A stretch of 64,000 nucleotides of DNA from an uncultured delta proteobacterium (GTDB lineage: Bacteria > Desulfobacterota > Desulfobaccia > Desulfobaccales > 0-14-0-80-60-11). The notes beneath the pieces are model-generated. The model ran no database searches and was not told where the DNA came from. It saw only the letters and a program-made list of their open reading frames with translations. This document shows positions 1 to 15,503 of the stretch, one piece after another. Each line of letters starts with the position of its first letter. The stretch's first letter is position 1. The stretch lies in assembly GCA_963747645.1 (NCBI GenBank), contig CAVVFW010000017.1:26702-90701 (forward strand). The letters run 5' to 3'. A program made the position numbers and the translations under genes.

Positions 1-1
1 A

Positions 2-1197
2 CTATTCCACAATCTCGCTCACCACGCCGGCGCCCACGGTGCGGCCGCCTTCCCGGATGGCGAAACGGAGTTCTTTTTCCAGGGCCACCGGGGTGATCAA
101 GGTCACTTCCATGGCCACGTTGTCCCCGGGCATCACCATCTCCACGCCTTCGGGCAGCGTCGCCACCCCGGTGACGTCCGTGGTCCGCAGGTAAAACTGC
201 GGCCGGTAGCCGGTGAAGAACGGCGTGTGCCGCCCGCCCTCTTCCTTGTTCAAGACGTACACCTCGGCCTTGAACTTGGTGTGGGGCTTGATCGAACCCG
301 GCTTGGCCACCACCTGGCCCCGCTCCACTTCGTCTTTCTTGATGCCCCGGAGCAACAGCCCGACGTTGTCACCGGCCTGGCCGTAATCCAAGCGTCTTCC
401 GGAACATCTCCACCCCGGTGCACACCGTCTTCTGGGTGGGGGCGAAACCGACGATCTCCACTTCCTCGCCCACCTTGATCTGGCCCCGCTCGCAGCGGCC
501 CGTCACTACCGTGCCCCGGCCCTGAAATCGTGAACACGTCCTCGATGGGCATCAGGAACGGCTTGTCCACGTCCCGCATCGGCTCCGGAATGTAGGAATC
601 CAGGGCGTCCATCAGCTCGAAGATCGGCTTCACTTCCTCGGAGTTGAAATCGTCCGACTCCAAGGCCTTCAGGGCGCTGCCCCGGATGATGGGAATGTCG
701 TCGCCGGGAAAATCGTACTTGGAGAGCAGCTCCCGCAGCTCCAGTTCCACCAGCTCGATGAGTTCCGGGTCGTCCACCAGGTCGACCTTGTTCAGGAAGA
801 CCACGATGAAGGGCACGCCCACCTGCCGGGCCAGCAGGATGTGCTCCCGGGTCTGGGGCATGGGGCCGTCGTCGGCGCCCACCACCAGGATCGCCCCGTC
901 CATCTGGGCCGCCCCGGTGATCATGTTCTTGATATAGTCGGCGTGACCCGGGCAGTCGACGTGGGCGTAGTGCCGCTTGGCGGTCTCGTACTCCACGTGG
1001 GCTAAGGCGATGGTGATGCCCCGCTCTTTTTCTTCCGGCGCCTTGTCGATCTGGTCAAAGGGAATGTAGGATGCCCACCCCTTCTTGGCCAAATGCTTGG
1101 TGATGGCCGCGGTCAAGGTCGTCTTGCCATGATCGATATGACCAATCGTCCCTACGTTCACGTGCGGCTTCTTGCGCTCAAATTTCTTTTTGGCCAT
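2..1197 (-). pseudogene. tuf: elongation factor Tu, copy A; reading frame broken twice as sequenced
   Basis: ORF 250..1197 gives the EF-Tu GTPase domain ([21 protein letters not shown]) up to EDVFTIS. ORF 2..391 gives the C-terminal domains ([10 protein letters not shown]...GVVSEIVE). The segment between them reads only in the third frame. Relative to copy B there is one extra base near 390 and one near 520. Confidence 0.9.
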
Positions 1198-1223
1198 GAG
1201 GACTTCCTCCTAATTAGACTGGA

Positions 1224-3305
1224 TCATGCCCGGGCTTGGCGCCGGCCTAAAATCTCTTCCGCCAACGAGGCGGAAACAGGTTCGTAATGGTCGAACTGCA
1301 TGGTGAAAGTGGCCCGCCCCTGGGTAGCGCTCCGGAGCGTCGTGGCATACCCGAACATGGTGGCCAGAGGCACCTGGCCGTGAATGATCTGGGTTGACCC
1401 CCGGCTCTCCATGCCCGTCACCCGGCCCCGCCGGGCGTTCAATTCACCCATCACCTCACCGACAAAATCTTCCGGGGCCACTACTTCCAGGTCCATGATG
1501 GGCTCCAGGAGCACCGGCTTGGCCCGCTTGGCGCCTTCTTTGAAGCCGATGGACCCGGCAATCAGAAAGGACCGTTCCGAGGAGTCCACTTCGTGGTAGG
1601 AGCCGTCGACCAGGAGCGATTTCCAGGTCTACCATGGGGTAGCCCAGGATTCCCGTGGCCGCAGCCTCCCGCACTCCTCTTTCCACCGGGGCGATATATT
1701 CCCGGGGGATGGAGCCCCCCACGATTTTGTTGGTAAAGACGACGCCGTCGCCGGCGGGCAGAGGCTTCAGGGTCAGGACCACGTGTCCGTACTGGCCCCG
1801 GCCGCCGCTCTGGCGGACAAATTTCCCTTCCGCCTTGGTCTCTTCGGTAATGGTTTCCCGATAGGCCACCTGGGGCTTGCCCACCCGGGCATCCACCTTG
1901 AACTCCCGCATCAGGCGGTCGACGATGATCTCCAGGTGGAGTTCCCCCATCCCCGAGATGATGGTCTGGCCGGTGTCCGTGTCGCTGTGGACCCGGAACG
2001 ACGGGTCTTCCGCGGCGATCTTGCTCAACGCCTGCCCCAGCTTGTCCTGGTCCGCCTTGGTGGCGGGCTCGATGGCGATATCGATGACCGGCTGCGGGAT
2101 GTGCAGGGTCTCCAGGACCACGGGGTCCTGGGCATCCGCCAGGGTGTCGCCGGTGGTGGTGTTCTTGAGCCCCACCAGGGCCACGATATCCCCGGCATAG
2201 GCCGTGGCTGATCTCTTCCCGCTTGTTGGCGTGCATCTTGAGGATCCGCCCGATGCGCTCTTTGACGCCCTTGGTGGCGTTCAGCACGCTGGACCCGGCG
2301 GTCATCTCCCCGGAATAAACCCGGAGAAAGGTCAGATGCCCGATGAACGGGTCGCTCAAAAGCTTGAAGGCCAGCGCCGACAACGGCGCCTCATCCGAGC
2401 AGGGCCGCTCCACCACGTTGCCCTTGGGGTCCAACCCCTGCACCGGGGGGACATCCAGGGGCGACGGCAGGTAGGCCACCACCGCGTCCAGGAGCGCCTG
2501 CACCCCTTTGTTCTTGAAGGCCGAGCCGCACAATACCGGCACGATCTCCAGGGAAACGGTGCCCCGCCGGAGCGCCGTCTTGATCAGGCTGTCCTCCACC
2601 GGTTCGTCGGCCAGGTAGCGCTCCATGATGCCCTCATCCACTTCGGACAGGACCTCCAGAATCTCGGTGCGGGCCTCGGCCACCTGCTTCGGCGTAAGCC
2701 TCGGGGATCTCCCTGACCTCAAAGTCCATGCCCTTGCCGACATTGTCATAATAGAAGGCTTTTAGGTTGACGAGGTCGATCATCCCCTGAAATTTGTCTT
2801 CTTCCCCGATGGGAAGCTGCAAGAGCACCGGAGTAGCCTTGAGGCGTTCCCGCATCATCTTCAGGCACCGGGGCAGATCCGCTCCCACCCGGTCCATCTT
2901 GTTGATGAAGGCCAGCCGGGGCACGCCGTAGCGGTCGGCCTGGCGCCACACCGTCTCAGACTGGGGTTCCACCCCGCCCACCGCGTCGAAAACCGCCACT
3001 ACTCCATCCAGCACCCGCAGGCTGCGTTCCACTTCAACGGTAAAGTCCACGTGCCCCGGCGTGTCGATGATGTTGATGCGATGGTCCTTCCAGTAGCAGG
3101 TGGTGGCGGCGCAGGTGATAGTGATGCCGCGTTCCTGTTCCTGGACCATCCAGTCCATCGTGGCCTGGCCGTCGTGCACTTCGCCCAAGCGGTGCGTCAC
3201 TCCCGTGTAGAAGAGGATACGCTCCGTGGTGGTGGTTTTACCGGCGTCGATGTGGGCCATGAACCCAATATTCCGTACCCGGTCCAGCGGGGTCTGTCGA
3301 GACAA
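1224..3305 (-). pseudogene. fusA: elongation factor G; reading frame broken three times as sequenced
   Basis: Four overlapping ORFs (2634..3305, 1562..2749, 1456..2184, 1224..1589) concatenate into one EF-G ([45 protein letters not shown]). The junctions are near 2695, 2207 and 1613. Confidence 0.9.
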
Positions 3306-3311
3306 ATTAGT

Positions 3312-3782
3312 CTACCATCTATAGTGGGCAAAGGCCTTGTTAGCCTCGGCCATCTTGTGCGTGTCTTCCCGCTTCTTAATGGAAGTGCCCCGGTTGCTGG
3401 CTGCGTCCAAGAGCTCGGCGGCCAGTTTGGCATCCATGGATTTCTCGCTCCTGGCCTTGGAGTGTTTGATGATCCAGCGAATGGCCAGGGAGAAGCGGCG
3501 GTCGGCCCGGACTTCTATGGGCACCTGATAGGTGGCGCCCCCCACCCGGCGGGATTTCACTTCGATCAAAGGCTTGACGTTTTCCACCGCCTGGTGAAAG
3601 AGCTTCAGGGGGTCGTCGTTGCCCCGCTGACCCACAATCTCCATGGCGTTGTAGAGGATGCACTGGGCCGTGCTCTTCTTGCCCCGCTCCATCAGGCCGT
3701 TGATAAACCGGCTCACCAGGACATCGTTGTATTTCAGGTCGGGGGTAACAGGCCGCTTGACCACTCCGCCTTTTCTGGGCAT
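3312..3782 (-). CDS. rpsG: 30S ribosomal protein S7
   Basis: [20 protein letters not shown]...KAFAHYRW, 156 aa, with ATG at 3782 preceded by GAGGA. The longer track ORF (to 4004) runs through the intergenic repeat and is not credible. Confidence 0.95.
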   Translation of the reverse strand: MPRKGGVVKRPVTPDLKYNDVLVSRFINGLMERGKKSTAQCILYNAMEIVGQRGNDDPLKLFHQAVENVKPLIEVKSRRVGGATYQVPIEVRADRRFSLAIRWIIKHSKARSEKSMDAKLAAELLDAASNRGTSIKKREDTHKMAEANKAFAHYRW

Positions 3783-3793
3783 CTTTAAATCCT

Positions 3794-3910
3794 CGTTTTT
3801 CGTTTTCGGTTTTGGTTTTCGGTTTTCGGAGTGAAAACTTTTGGCCAACCGCGATCTTATCAGCGTCCTTGTCTTCGGCTTCTTACGCGAAAACGGAAAA
3901 CAGAAAACGG
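3794..3910 (-). promoter_or_regulatory. long imperfect hairpin in the rpsL-rpsG intergenic region, built from CGGTTTT-type tandem units
   Basis: Left arm cgtttttcgttttcggttttggttttcggttttcgg (3794-3829) is complementary, allowing G-U pairs, to right arm cgcgaaaacggaaaacagaaaacgg (3886-3910). It ends just upstream of the rpsG Shine-Dalgarno. Confidence 0.6.
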
Positions 3911-3918
3911 CAACCCTC

Positions 3919-4290
3919 TTACTTGGGCCGCTTGGCCCCGTATTTGGACCGTCCCCGCCGGCGATCCTGCACGCCGGAGGCGTCCAGGGTGCCCCGGATG
4001 ACATGGTAGCGCACCCCGGGCAAATCCTTCACCCGGCCTCCCCGGATCAGCACCACTGAATGCTCCTGGAGGTTGTGCCCCACTCCGGGGATGTAGGTGG
4101 TCACCTCGATGCCGTTGGTGAGGCGCACCCTGGCCACCTTGCGCAGGGCCGAATTGGGCTTTTTGGGCGTGGTGGTATAAACCCTGACACACACCCCCCG
4201 CTTCTGGGGACAGCTTTGCAGGGCCGGGGACGGGGTCCGCTTCTTCTGCGCCTCCCGGCCTTTGCGAATCAACTGGTTTATCGTAGGCAT
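3919..4290 (-). CDS. rpsL: 30S ribosomal protein S12
   Basis: [13 protein letters not shown]...[19 protein letters not shown]...GVRYHVIRG, 123 aa. Confidence 0.97.
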   Translation of the reverse strand: MPTINQLIRKGREAQKKRTPSPALQSCPQKRGVCVRVYTTTPKKPNSALRKVARVRLTNGIEVTTYIPGVGHNLQEHSVVLIRGGRVKDLPGVRYHVIRGTLDASGVQDRRRGRSKYGAKRPK

Positions 4291-4338
4291 ACGCGCTCCG
4301 CTTCCAACTGCTTGATTAAAAGGCTACCAAAATTAATT

Positions 4339-4368
4339 ATTTTATTATAACCACCCGGTGATTGTCAA
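4339..4368 (-). promoter_or_regulatory. candidate sigma-70 promoter for rpsL-rpsG-fusA-tuf
   Basis: On the minus strand there is TTGACA (4368-4363), an 18-nt spacer and TAAAAT (4344-4339), directly after the rpoC stop. A TATAAT is also present but with only a 13-nt spacer. Confidence 0.35.
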
Positions 4369-4372
4369 CCTA

Positions 4373-8647
<4,275 letters not shown>

Positions 8648-8660
8648 ATAAGGCAGGTCC

Positions 8661-11600
8661 TCAGGACTTGTCCTTGTCCTTTTTCAGGAGTTCCACATTG
8701 AGCGCCAGGCTCTTGAGCTCCCGCACCAGGACGTTGAAAGATTCCGGCAGCCCCGCTTCCAAATCGTACTCGCCTTTGAAGATCTTTTCGTACATGCGGG
8801 TCCGGCCGGCCACGTCGTCCGATTTCACCGTCAGGAATTCCTGCAGCGTATAGGCCGCGCCATAAGCTTCCAGGGCCCAGACTTCCATTTCCCCCAGGCG
8901 CTGGCCGCCGAACTGGGCCTTGCCGCCCAAAGGCTGCTGGGTCACCAGGGAGTAGGGGCCGATGGACCGGGCATGGATCTTGTCGGCCACCAGGTGATGC
9001 AGTTTCATCATGTACATCACCCCCACGGTCACGTCCCGGTCGAACTCCTCCCCGCTGCGGCCGTCCCGGAGGCGCGACTGGCCGCCGGTGGGCAGCCCGG
9101 CCTCCGCCAGGTAAGCCTGAACCTCGGCTTCATTCACCCCGTCAAAGACCGGGGAGGCCATGTGAATGCCGTCGTGGTAGTGTTTTTGCCAGATGTCCCT
9201 GAGTTCATCGTAAGTCAGGGAATCAATCTCCGCGGCCAGAGGCTCATCCGGATTGAGGATCCGCTTCAGCCGCGCCTGGATGGATTCCAGACTGTAGAAC
9301 TTGTCGATCATCTCGCCGATGCGCTGCCCCAGGATGTGGGAAGCCCAACCCATGTGGGTTTCCAACACCTGGCCCACGTTCATGCGGGAAGGTACCCCCA
9401 GGGGGTTGAGGACGATGTCCACCGGCGTGCCGTCGGCAAAATAGGGCATGTCTTCTTCCGGCATGAGCCGAGACACCACCCCTTTGTTGCCGTGGCGCCC
9501 GGCCATCTTGTCGCCCACGGCCAGCTTGCGCTTCATGGCCACGAACACCTTGACCTTTTTGATCACCCCGGGGGGCAGTTCGTCCACTTTCCGGAGCCGG
9601 CCCAGCTTGGCTTCAAACACCATGTTGACGATGTGGAGCTGTTCCTGGTAGCGGTCCAGGAGCTGGTCCAACTGGTCTTCGATCCCCGGTTCCTCAAAGG
9701 ACACGTGCCGCCAGAACTCCAGGTTGTGACGCTTCACCAGGTCCGCCGGCACCGGCTCGCCCGCATGCAGGAAGGTGTTGCCGGTGCGCTCGTCGTCCAT
9801 GTTTTCGGACACCTTCTGTCCCACCACCAGGTCTTTCACCTTCTGGCGGTAGGTCTGGGTGATGATGGCGATCTCGTCCCCCTGGTCCTTTTGCAGCTTG
9901 GCCACCGCTTCGTCTTCGATGGAGCGGCTGCGGTCATCCTTTTCCACGCCCTTCCGGGAGAAGACCCGGGCGTCGATCACCACGCCTTCGATCCCCGGGG
10001 GGACCCGAAGCGAGGTGTCCTTTACATCCCCGGCCTTCTCGCCGAAAATGGCCCGGAGCAGCTTCTCTTCCGGGGTGAGCTGCGTCTCCCCTTTCGGGGT
10101 GATCTTGCCCACCAGGATGTCCCCGGGGCGCACCTCGGAACCCAGCCAGATGATGCCGCTCTCGTCCAGGTTGCCCAGGGCGTCTTCCCCCACGTTGGGG
10201 ATATCCCGGGTGATCTCCTCTTTCCCCAGCTTGGTGTCCCGGGCCATCACCTCGAATTCTTCGATGTGGATGGAGGTAAAGACGTCGTCTTTGATCAGGC
10301 GCTCGCTTACCAGGATGGAGTCTTCAAAGTTGTAGCCGCCCCAGGGCATGAAGGCCACCATGACGTTCTTGCCCAGGGCCAGTTCGCCCATGGCCGTGGC
10401 CGGCCCGTCGGCGATGATCTGGCCTTTCTCCACCGTATCTCCCGGCACCACAATGGGACGCTGGTTGAAACAGGTGTTCTGGTTGGTGCGCTGGAATTTC
10501 GTCAGCTTATAGATATCCACCGGGGAGCCGTTGCCGCCCTGGACGGACTCGGCCCGAATGACAATCCGGGTGGAATCCACGTCCTCCACGGTACCTCGGC
10601 GCCGGGCCGTCACCGTGACCCCTGAATCCCGGGCCACCACGCCTTCCATGCCCGTCCCCACCAGGGGCGAGCTGCTGGTCAACAGCGGCACCGCCTGGCG
10701 TTGCATGTTCGAGCCCATCAGGGCCCGGTTGGCGTCGTCGTGTTCCAGGAAGGGGATCAGCGACGCGGCCACGCTCACCAGCTGGTTGGGAGACACGTCC
10801 ATGTATTCAATATCTTTGGGGTGGGCAATGATGAATTCCCCCCATTTCCGGGCCTCGATCATGTCCGCCAGGAACCGCCCTTTGCTGTCCAGCAAAGCGT
10901 TGGCCTGGGCGATGACCTTGTCACCTTCCTCCAGGGCGCTCAGGTACCTGATCTTCTTGGTGACCCGGGTCTCCACCTTGCCGCTCTTTTTTTCCACCTT
11001 TTCCACTACCCGGTAGGGAGTCTCGATGAACCCCAACTCGTTGACCCGGGCAAAGGTCGACAGCGACACGATGAGCCCGATGTTGGGACCTTCCGGGGTC
11101 TCAATGGGACAGATGCGGCCGTAGTGGGTGGGGTGCACGTCCCGGACTTCGAACCCGGCCCGCTCCCGGGTCAGGCCCCCGGGTCCCAGGGCGGACAGAC
11201 GCCGCTTGTGGGTGATCTCGGAGAGCGGGTTGGTCTGATCCATGAACTGGGAGAGCTGGGAGGTGCCGAAAAATTCTTTGATCACCGCCTGCACCGGCTT
11301 GGCGTTCACCAGGTCGTGGGGCATCAGGGTGTCCAGGTCCTGGATGGCCATGCGTTCCTTGATGGCCCGCTCCATCCTGACCAGCCCCACCCGGAACTGG
11401 TTCTCCAGCAATTCGCCCACGGCCCGGACCCGGCGGTTGCCCAGGTGGTCGATGTCGTCCACGGGTCCTTCCCGGTCCTTCTGGGTGATGAGCTCTCTGA
11501 CCGCCAGGAGAATGTCCTCTTTGATCAGGGTGGTCTGGGTCAACGGCAAATGCTCTTCCGGGGGCCTGAGTTTCAGGTCCAGCTTGAGCCGGCCCACCGG

Positions 11601-12818
11601 GGACAGGTCGTAATATTCCGGGTTGAAAAAGAGATTCTGGAAGAACGTCGTGGCCACTTCGTCGTTGGGGCGATTGCTGGGCCGCAGACGCCGGTAAATC
11701 TCCAGGATGGCCTCTTTGACCGTGGCGCTCTTGTCCGCCACCAACGTGTTCCTGAGACAGGCGCTGACGTTGACGCCGTCGATGAAGAGCAGGTCGAGTT
11801 CCTTGATGCCCTTCTCCTGGAGCAGGGCAATCTTGTCTTCGGCCAGCATCTCGTTGCACTGGGCCAGAACTTCGCCGCTCGCCGGGTCCAGGATGTCATG
11901 GGCCACCACCCGGCCCACCAGGTCGGTGGGGAGCCCCGTGACGCTCTCTACCCCGGCCCGTTTCATCTTTTGAATCAACACCGGAGTCAGGCGCTTGCCC
12001 TTCTTGATCAGGACATCACCCTTCTTGGGATCGAGGATGTCGGCGGCCGCGGTCTTGTCCACCAGCAACTCCGGCGCGAAGGCCTGCTGGATGGTTTCGC
12101 CCTCAAGATACACCCGCTGGGTCTTGTAGAAGAAATTCAGCAGCTCTTCCGTCGTGTACCCCAGGGCCTTCAGGAGGATGGTGGCGGGAAACTTCCGCCG
12201 CCGGTCGATACGCACGTAGAGGATGTCCTTGGGATCGAATTCGAAATCGATCCAGGACCCCCGGAGCGGAATCAACCGCGCCGAGTAGATGATTTTGCCG
12301 CTGGAGTGGATCTTGGCCTTATCATGGTCAATGAACAGACCCGGGGAGCGGTGCAACTGGCTCACCACCACCCGCTCGGTGCCGTTGATGATGAAGGTGC
12401 CGTGCTCGGTCATCATCGGCAGGGTGCCGAAATAGATCTCCTGCTCCTTGATATCCCGGACGGTCTGGGTTTTGGAGTCCGGACCCATATCGTGAACCAC
12501 CAGGCGCACCCGTATTTTCATGGGCACTTCAAAGGTCATGCCCCGCTGCTGGCACTCGTCCACGTCGTACTTGGGGTTTTCCAGCCGGTACTCCACGAAC
12601 TCCAGGGAGCACACGCCGGAAAAATCCCGAATGGGGAAGACGCTCTTGAATACCCCCTGGAGGCCGTGGTCCGAGCGCGCTCCTGGTTCCACATCTTTTT
12701 GCAAGAAACGATGATAGGACTCTTTCTGCATCTCGATGAGATTAGAAATGTCCACCACCCGCTCGATCTTGCCGAAATTTTTGCGGTACACCCTTAAAGG
12801 CGATAGTGCGTTGGCCAT
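8661..12818 (-). CDS. rpoB: DNA-directed RNA polymerase subunit beta
   Basis: Intact 1385-aa ORF with [15 protein letters not shown] and [27 protein letters not shown]. Confidence 0.98.
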   Translation of the reverse strand: MANALSPLRVYRKNFGKIERVVDISNLIEMQKESYHRFLQKDVEPGARSDHGLQGVFKSVFPIRDFSGVCSLEFVEYRLENPKYDVDECQQRGMTFEVPMKIRVRLVVHDMGPDSKTQTVRDIKEQEIYFGTLPMMTEHGTFIINGTERVVVSQLHRSPGLFIDHDKAKIHSSGKIIYSARLIPLRGSWIDFEFDPKDILYVRIDRRRKFPATILLKALGYTTEELLNFFYKTQRVYLEGETIQQAFAPELLVDKTAAADILDPKKGDVLIKKGKRLTPVLIQKMKRAGVESVTGLPTDLVGRVVAHDILDPASGEVLAQCNEMLAEDKIALLQEKGIKELDLLFIDGVNVSACLRNTLVADKSATVKEAILEIYRRLRPSNRPNDEVATTFFQNLFFNPEYYDLSPVGRLKLDLKLRPPEEHLPLTQTTLIKEDILLAVRELITQKDREGPVDDIDHLGNRRVRAVGELLENQFRVGLVRMERAIKERMAIQDLDTLMPHDLVNAKPVQAVIKEFFGTSQLSQFMDQTNPLSEITHKRRLSALGPGGLTRERAGFEVRDVHPTHYGRICPIETPEGPNIGLIVSLSTFARVNELGFIETPYRVVEKVEKKSGKVETRVTKKIRYLSALEEGDKVIAQANALLDSKGRFLADMIEARKWGEFIIAHPKDIEYMDVSPNQLVSVAASLIPFLEHDDANRALMGSNMQRQAVPLLTSSSPLVGTGMEGVVARDSGVTVTARRRGTVEDVDSTRIVIRAESVQGGNGSPVDIYKLTKFQRTNQNTCFNQRPIVVPGDTVEKGQIIADGPATAMGELALGKNVMVAFMPWGGYNFEDSILVSERLIKDDVFTSIHIEEFEVMARDTKLGKEEITRDIPNVGEDALGNLDESGIIWLGSEVRPGDILVGKITPKGETQLTPEEKLLRAIFGEKAGDVKDTSLRVPPGIEGVVIDARVFSRKGVEKDDRSRSIEDEAVAKLQKDQGDEIAIITQTYRQKVKDLVVGQKVSENMDDERTGNTFLHAGEPVPADLVKRHNLEFWRHVSFEEPGIEDQLDQLLDRYQEQLHIVNMVFEAKLGRLRKVDELPPGVIKKVKVFVAMKRKLAVGDKMAGRHGNKGVVSRLMPEEDMPYFADGTPVDIVLNPLGVPSRMNVGQVLETHMGWASHILGQRIGEMIDKFYSLESIQARLKRILNPDEPLAAEIDSLTYDELRDIWQKHYHDGIHMASPVFDGVNEAEVQAYLAEAGLPTGGQSRLRDGRSGEEFDRDVTVGVMYMMKLHHLVADKIHARSIGPYSLVTQQPLGGKAQFGGQRLGEMEVWALEAYGAAYTLQEFLTVKSDDVAGRTRMYEKIFKGEYDLEAGLPESFNVLVRELKSLALNVELLKKDKDKS

Positions 12819-12907
12819 GAATACTCCTTAAAGGTATGGCCTGAGTCTTGGGGACTGCTCAGCTTGCAACGGATAATTCCCATTCTCTGGCGGTGTAGGG
12901 GAGATAA

Positions 12908-12981
12908 GGCGTGAGGGAAAAGGGGAGAAAAGGGAAAAACCACCAAACCTCTTAGCCTTTTGACCTTTTAACCTTTTCGCC
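12908..12981 (-). promoter_or_regulatory. long imperfect hairpin in the rplL-rpoB intergenic region (attenuator or processing-site candidate)
   Basis: ggcgtgagggaaaaggggagaaaagggaaaaacc (12908-12941) is complementary to cctcttagccttttgaccttttaaccttttcgcc (12948-12981). Confidence 0.5.
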
Positions 12982-13015
12982 CGCAAAACCCGACCCCAAA
13001 TGCTACCAGCAGGTC

Positions 13016-13399
13016 CTACTTGATTTCGACGGTTGCTCCCTGAGCTTCCACCTTCTTCTTGATTTCTTCGGCTTCCGCCTTGGTAACTGCTTCTTTCAGG
13101 GTGGTGGGCACATTCTCCACCGCTTCTTTGGCCTCTTTCAGGCCCAGGTTGGTGACAGCCCGGACTTCCTTGATCACCTGGATCTTGTTGGGGCCGCAGA
13201 CCGTCAGGATCGCGTCGAATTCGGTTTGCTCTTCCGCCGCCGGAGCCGCCTCCGCCGCCATGGGGCCTGCCGCCATCATGGCCACGGGCGCTGCCGCCGA
13301 CACCCCAAACTTCTCTTCCAGCTCCTTGATGAGCGTGGAAAGTTCAAGCACCGTCATGTTGGCCAGGTAGTCAACTACCTCAGCACGGGAAATACTCAT
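13016..13399 (-). CDS. rplL: 50S ribosomal protein L7/L12
   Basis: 127 aa, with an Ala-rich hinge and the C-terminal domain [19 protein letters not shown]...GATVEIK. Confidence 0.97.
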   Translation of the reverse strand: MSISRAEVVDYLANMTVLELSTLIKELEEKFGVSAAAPVAMMAAGPMAAEAAPAAEEQTEFDAILTVCGPNKIQVIKEVRAVTNLGLKEAKEAVENVPTTLKEAVTKAEAEEIKKKVEAQGATVEIK

Positions 13400-13498
13400 C
13401 TTAACGTTCCTCCTTAGTCCTCAAGCAAATAGTGTCCCAGATGTTGCTATGATTTCGGCTGCGTGTTTCGCCGTAGCCTTCAGCTTTAATGATGCCTT

Positions 13499-14197
13499 TT
13501 ACTCGCCGCTCTCCGGCTTCTCCGCCGGCGCCGCCGGCTCGGCCTCGGCCTCGGGGGCCGCTGCCTCGCTTTCTGCCGGTGCCGCGGTGGCCGCCTCGGG
13601 AGCCGTCTCCACCGGGGGCGCGGCCTCAGCCTCCGGCGCTGCCGTCTCCGCCACGGCTTCAGGAGCCGCCGGCTCGGACTCGGCCTTCTGGTCCTTCAAG
13701 GCCACCAGCACGTTGAGCAGGTTCCGGATCACCCCGGCCAAAACCGTGACCAGGCCTTGCGGTACGCCCTGCAACACCCCCAACAGCTGACCCAGCAGCA
13801 CTTCCCGGGCCGGGAGCTTGCTCAGCGCCTCCAGGTCCTTGAGGGTCAAGGCCTGGCCCCCCAGGGCCCCCGCCTTGATCACCAGCTGCGGTTTCTCCTT
13901 GGCAAACTTGATGAGCACCTTGGTCACCGTCACCGGGTCGGCATACCCCAGGGTCAGGGCATTGGGCCCGGTGGCATGGCTGATCAAGGGCGCCAGGGGA
14001 GAATCATCAGCCCCGGCGAGACGCAGCAAGGTGTTCTTCACTACCGTGAGCTCGGCGTCGGATTCCTGCAACTGCCGCCGGAGCCTGGTCATATCCTCTA
14101 CCTTCAGTCCCTTGAAATCCGTCAGGATGCCGATCTGCGACTTCGCCACCTTCTCCTGGATTGCCTGGACTATTTCGGCTTTCTGTTGCTTACGCAC
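13499..14197 (-). CDS. rplJ: 50S ribosomal protein L10 with a long Ala/Glu/Pro-rich C-terminal tail
   Basis: GTG start at 14197 preceded by AAGGAGA. The L10 body runs MRKQQKAEIVQ...VIRNLLNVLVALKDQ and is followed by about 60 aa of low-complexity AESEPAAPEAVAETAAPEAEAAPP... Confidence 0.9.
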   Translation of the reverse strand: MRKQQKAEIVQAIQEKVAKSQIGILTDFKGLKVEDMTRLRRQLQESDAELTVVKNTLLRLAGADDSPLAPLISHATGPNALTLGYADPVTVTKVLIKFAKEKPQLVIKAGALGGQALTLKDLEALSKLPAREVLLGQLLGVLQGVPQGLVTVLAGVIRNLLNVLVALKDQKAESEPAAPEAVAETAAPEAEAAPPVETAPEAATAAPAESEAAAPEAEAEPAAPAEKPESGE

Positions 14198-14209
14198 CCT
14201 CTTTCTCCT

Positions 14210-14920
14210 TTACAGCAGGCGCACCAGGTTCTTGACATCGCTGGTGTCCACCGGAATTCCCGGCCCCATGGTGGTGCTCAGATGGATTCCCTTCATGTAC
14301 GTCCCTTTGCTGGTGGTGGGCTTCAGCCGCACCAGGGTGTCTATGAAGGCCGCCAGGTTTTGCAGGAGTTTCTCGGCCCCGAAGGAGACCTTGCCCATGG
14401 GGGCATGTACCACTCCGGCCCGGTCCACCCGAAATTCCACCTTGCCGCCTTTGAGATCACTCACGGCCTTGGCCACCTCAAAGGTAACGGTTCCCACCTT
14501 GACGTTGGGCATCAGGCCCCGGGGGCCCAAAATTTTTCCGATCTTCCCCACCGCGCCCATGAGGTCCGGAGTGGCTACGGCCTTGTCAAATTCCATCCAG
14601 CCGCCCCTGATGCGCTCGATGAGGTCTTCGGCCCCCACGTGGTCGGCGCCCGCGTCCATCGCCTCTTTTTCCTTCTCTCCCTTGGCGAATACCAGGACCC
14701 GCACCGTTCTTCCCGTCCCGTGGGGCAGGATCACCGCTCCCCGAACCATCTGGTCGGCGTGCCGGGGGTTCACTCCCAGGGCCACCGCGATCTCCGCGGT
14801 TTCGTCAAACTTGGCGGAGGCGGCCTCCAAGGCAAGGTTGACGGCGTCCTGGAAGAGATAGCGCTGATTGCGGTCCACCTTGGCGGTGACCTCCCGATAT
14901 CGTTTGCCATGTTTGGCCAT
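14210..14920 (-). CDS. rplA: 50S ribosomal protein L1
   Basis: 236 aa, [11 protein letters not shown]...[22 protein letters not shown]. Confidence 0.97.
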   Translation of the reverse strand: MAKHGKRYREVTAKVDRNQRYLFQDAVNLALEAASAKFDETAEIAVALGVNPRHADQMVRGAVILPHGTGRTVRVLVFAKGEKEKEAMDAGADHVGAEDLIERIRGGWMEFDKAVATPDLMGAVGKIGKILGPRGLMPNVKVGTVTFEVAKAVSDLKGGKVEFRVDRAGVVHAPMGKVSFGAEKLLQNLAAFIDTLVRLKPTTSKGTYMKGIHLSTTMGPGIPVDTSDVKNLVRLL

Positions 14921-14975
14921 CGGTATCTCTCTCCCTATATATTCAATATCCCAGTGGTCAGTTGTAAGAGGTTAT

Positions 14976-15007
14976 CCTGCTCACTGCTCACTGCTTCCTG
15001 CCTGCTG
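14976..15007 (-). repeat. heptad-periodic tract directly 3-prime of the rplK stop codon
   Basis: Plus strand reads CTCACTG CTCACTG CTTCCTG CCTGCTG. Confidence 0.5.
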
Positions 15008-15433
15008 CTAATCAACGACCTCGATGCCCATGCTCCGGGCGGTCCCGGCAATGCTGTGCATGGCCATTTCCAGGTTGGTGGTGTTCAGGTCGGTCATCTT
15101 CTGCCGGGCGATTTCCTCCAGCTGGGTCCGGGTGATCTGCCCCACCTTCTCCCGGCTGGCCTCCTTGGCGCCCTTGGCCACCTGGGCCATCTGCTTGAGC
15201 AAAACCGACGCCGGCGGCGTCTTGGTCACAAACGTGAAGGAACGGTCGGCAAATACCGTGATCAGCACCGGAATGATGGTCCCTTCCTGCCCCGCCGTCT
15301 TGGCGTTATAACTCTTGCAGAATTCCATGATGTTGACCCCATGCTGGCCCAAGGCCGGGCCGATGGGCGGCGACGGGTTGGCCTGCCCCGCGGGAATCTG
15401 CAATTTGATCTGGGCGATAACTTTTTTTGCCAT
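15008..15433 (-). CDS. rplK: 50S ribosomal protein L11
   Basis: 141 aa, [40 protein letters not shown]. Confidence 0.97.
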   Translation of the reverse strand: MAKKVIAQIKLQIPAGQANPSPPIGPALGQHGVNIMEFCKSYNAKTAGQEGTIIPVLITVFADRSFTFVTKTPPASVLLKQMAQVAKGAKEASREKVGQITRTQLEEIARQKMTDLNTTNLEMAMHSIAGTARSMGIEVVD

Positions 15434-15503
15434 GTTAAACTTTCCTCTTTATCGGCGATCAGCTTTCAGCAAAAATTGTTCAATGCGCGGTTTTTCAGGT
15501 CTT

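Noticed and set aside
505-535. Programmed ribosomal frameshifting as an explanation for the tuf and fusA breaks
   Set aside because: There is no slippery heptamer or stimulatory structure at the junctions. The breaks occur in many unrelated genes, and the shifts are of mixed sign and size. Sequence error is far more parsimonious.
3794-3829. The tandem short repeats here and at 14976-15007 / 15504-15537 as a CRISPR array or minisatellite locus
   Set aside because: The units are only 6-7 nt with no spacers. They lie inside operon spacers, and there are no cas genes.
8973-12797. 550-aa and 698-aa plus-strand ORFs antisense to rpoB
   Set aside because: The reasoning is the same. The rpoB frame on the minus strand is intact and conserved, and the antisense translations are compositionally degenerate.
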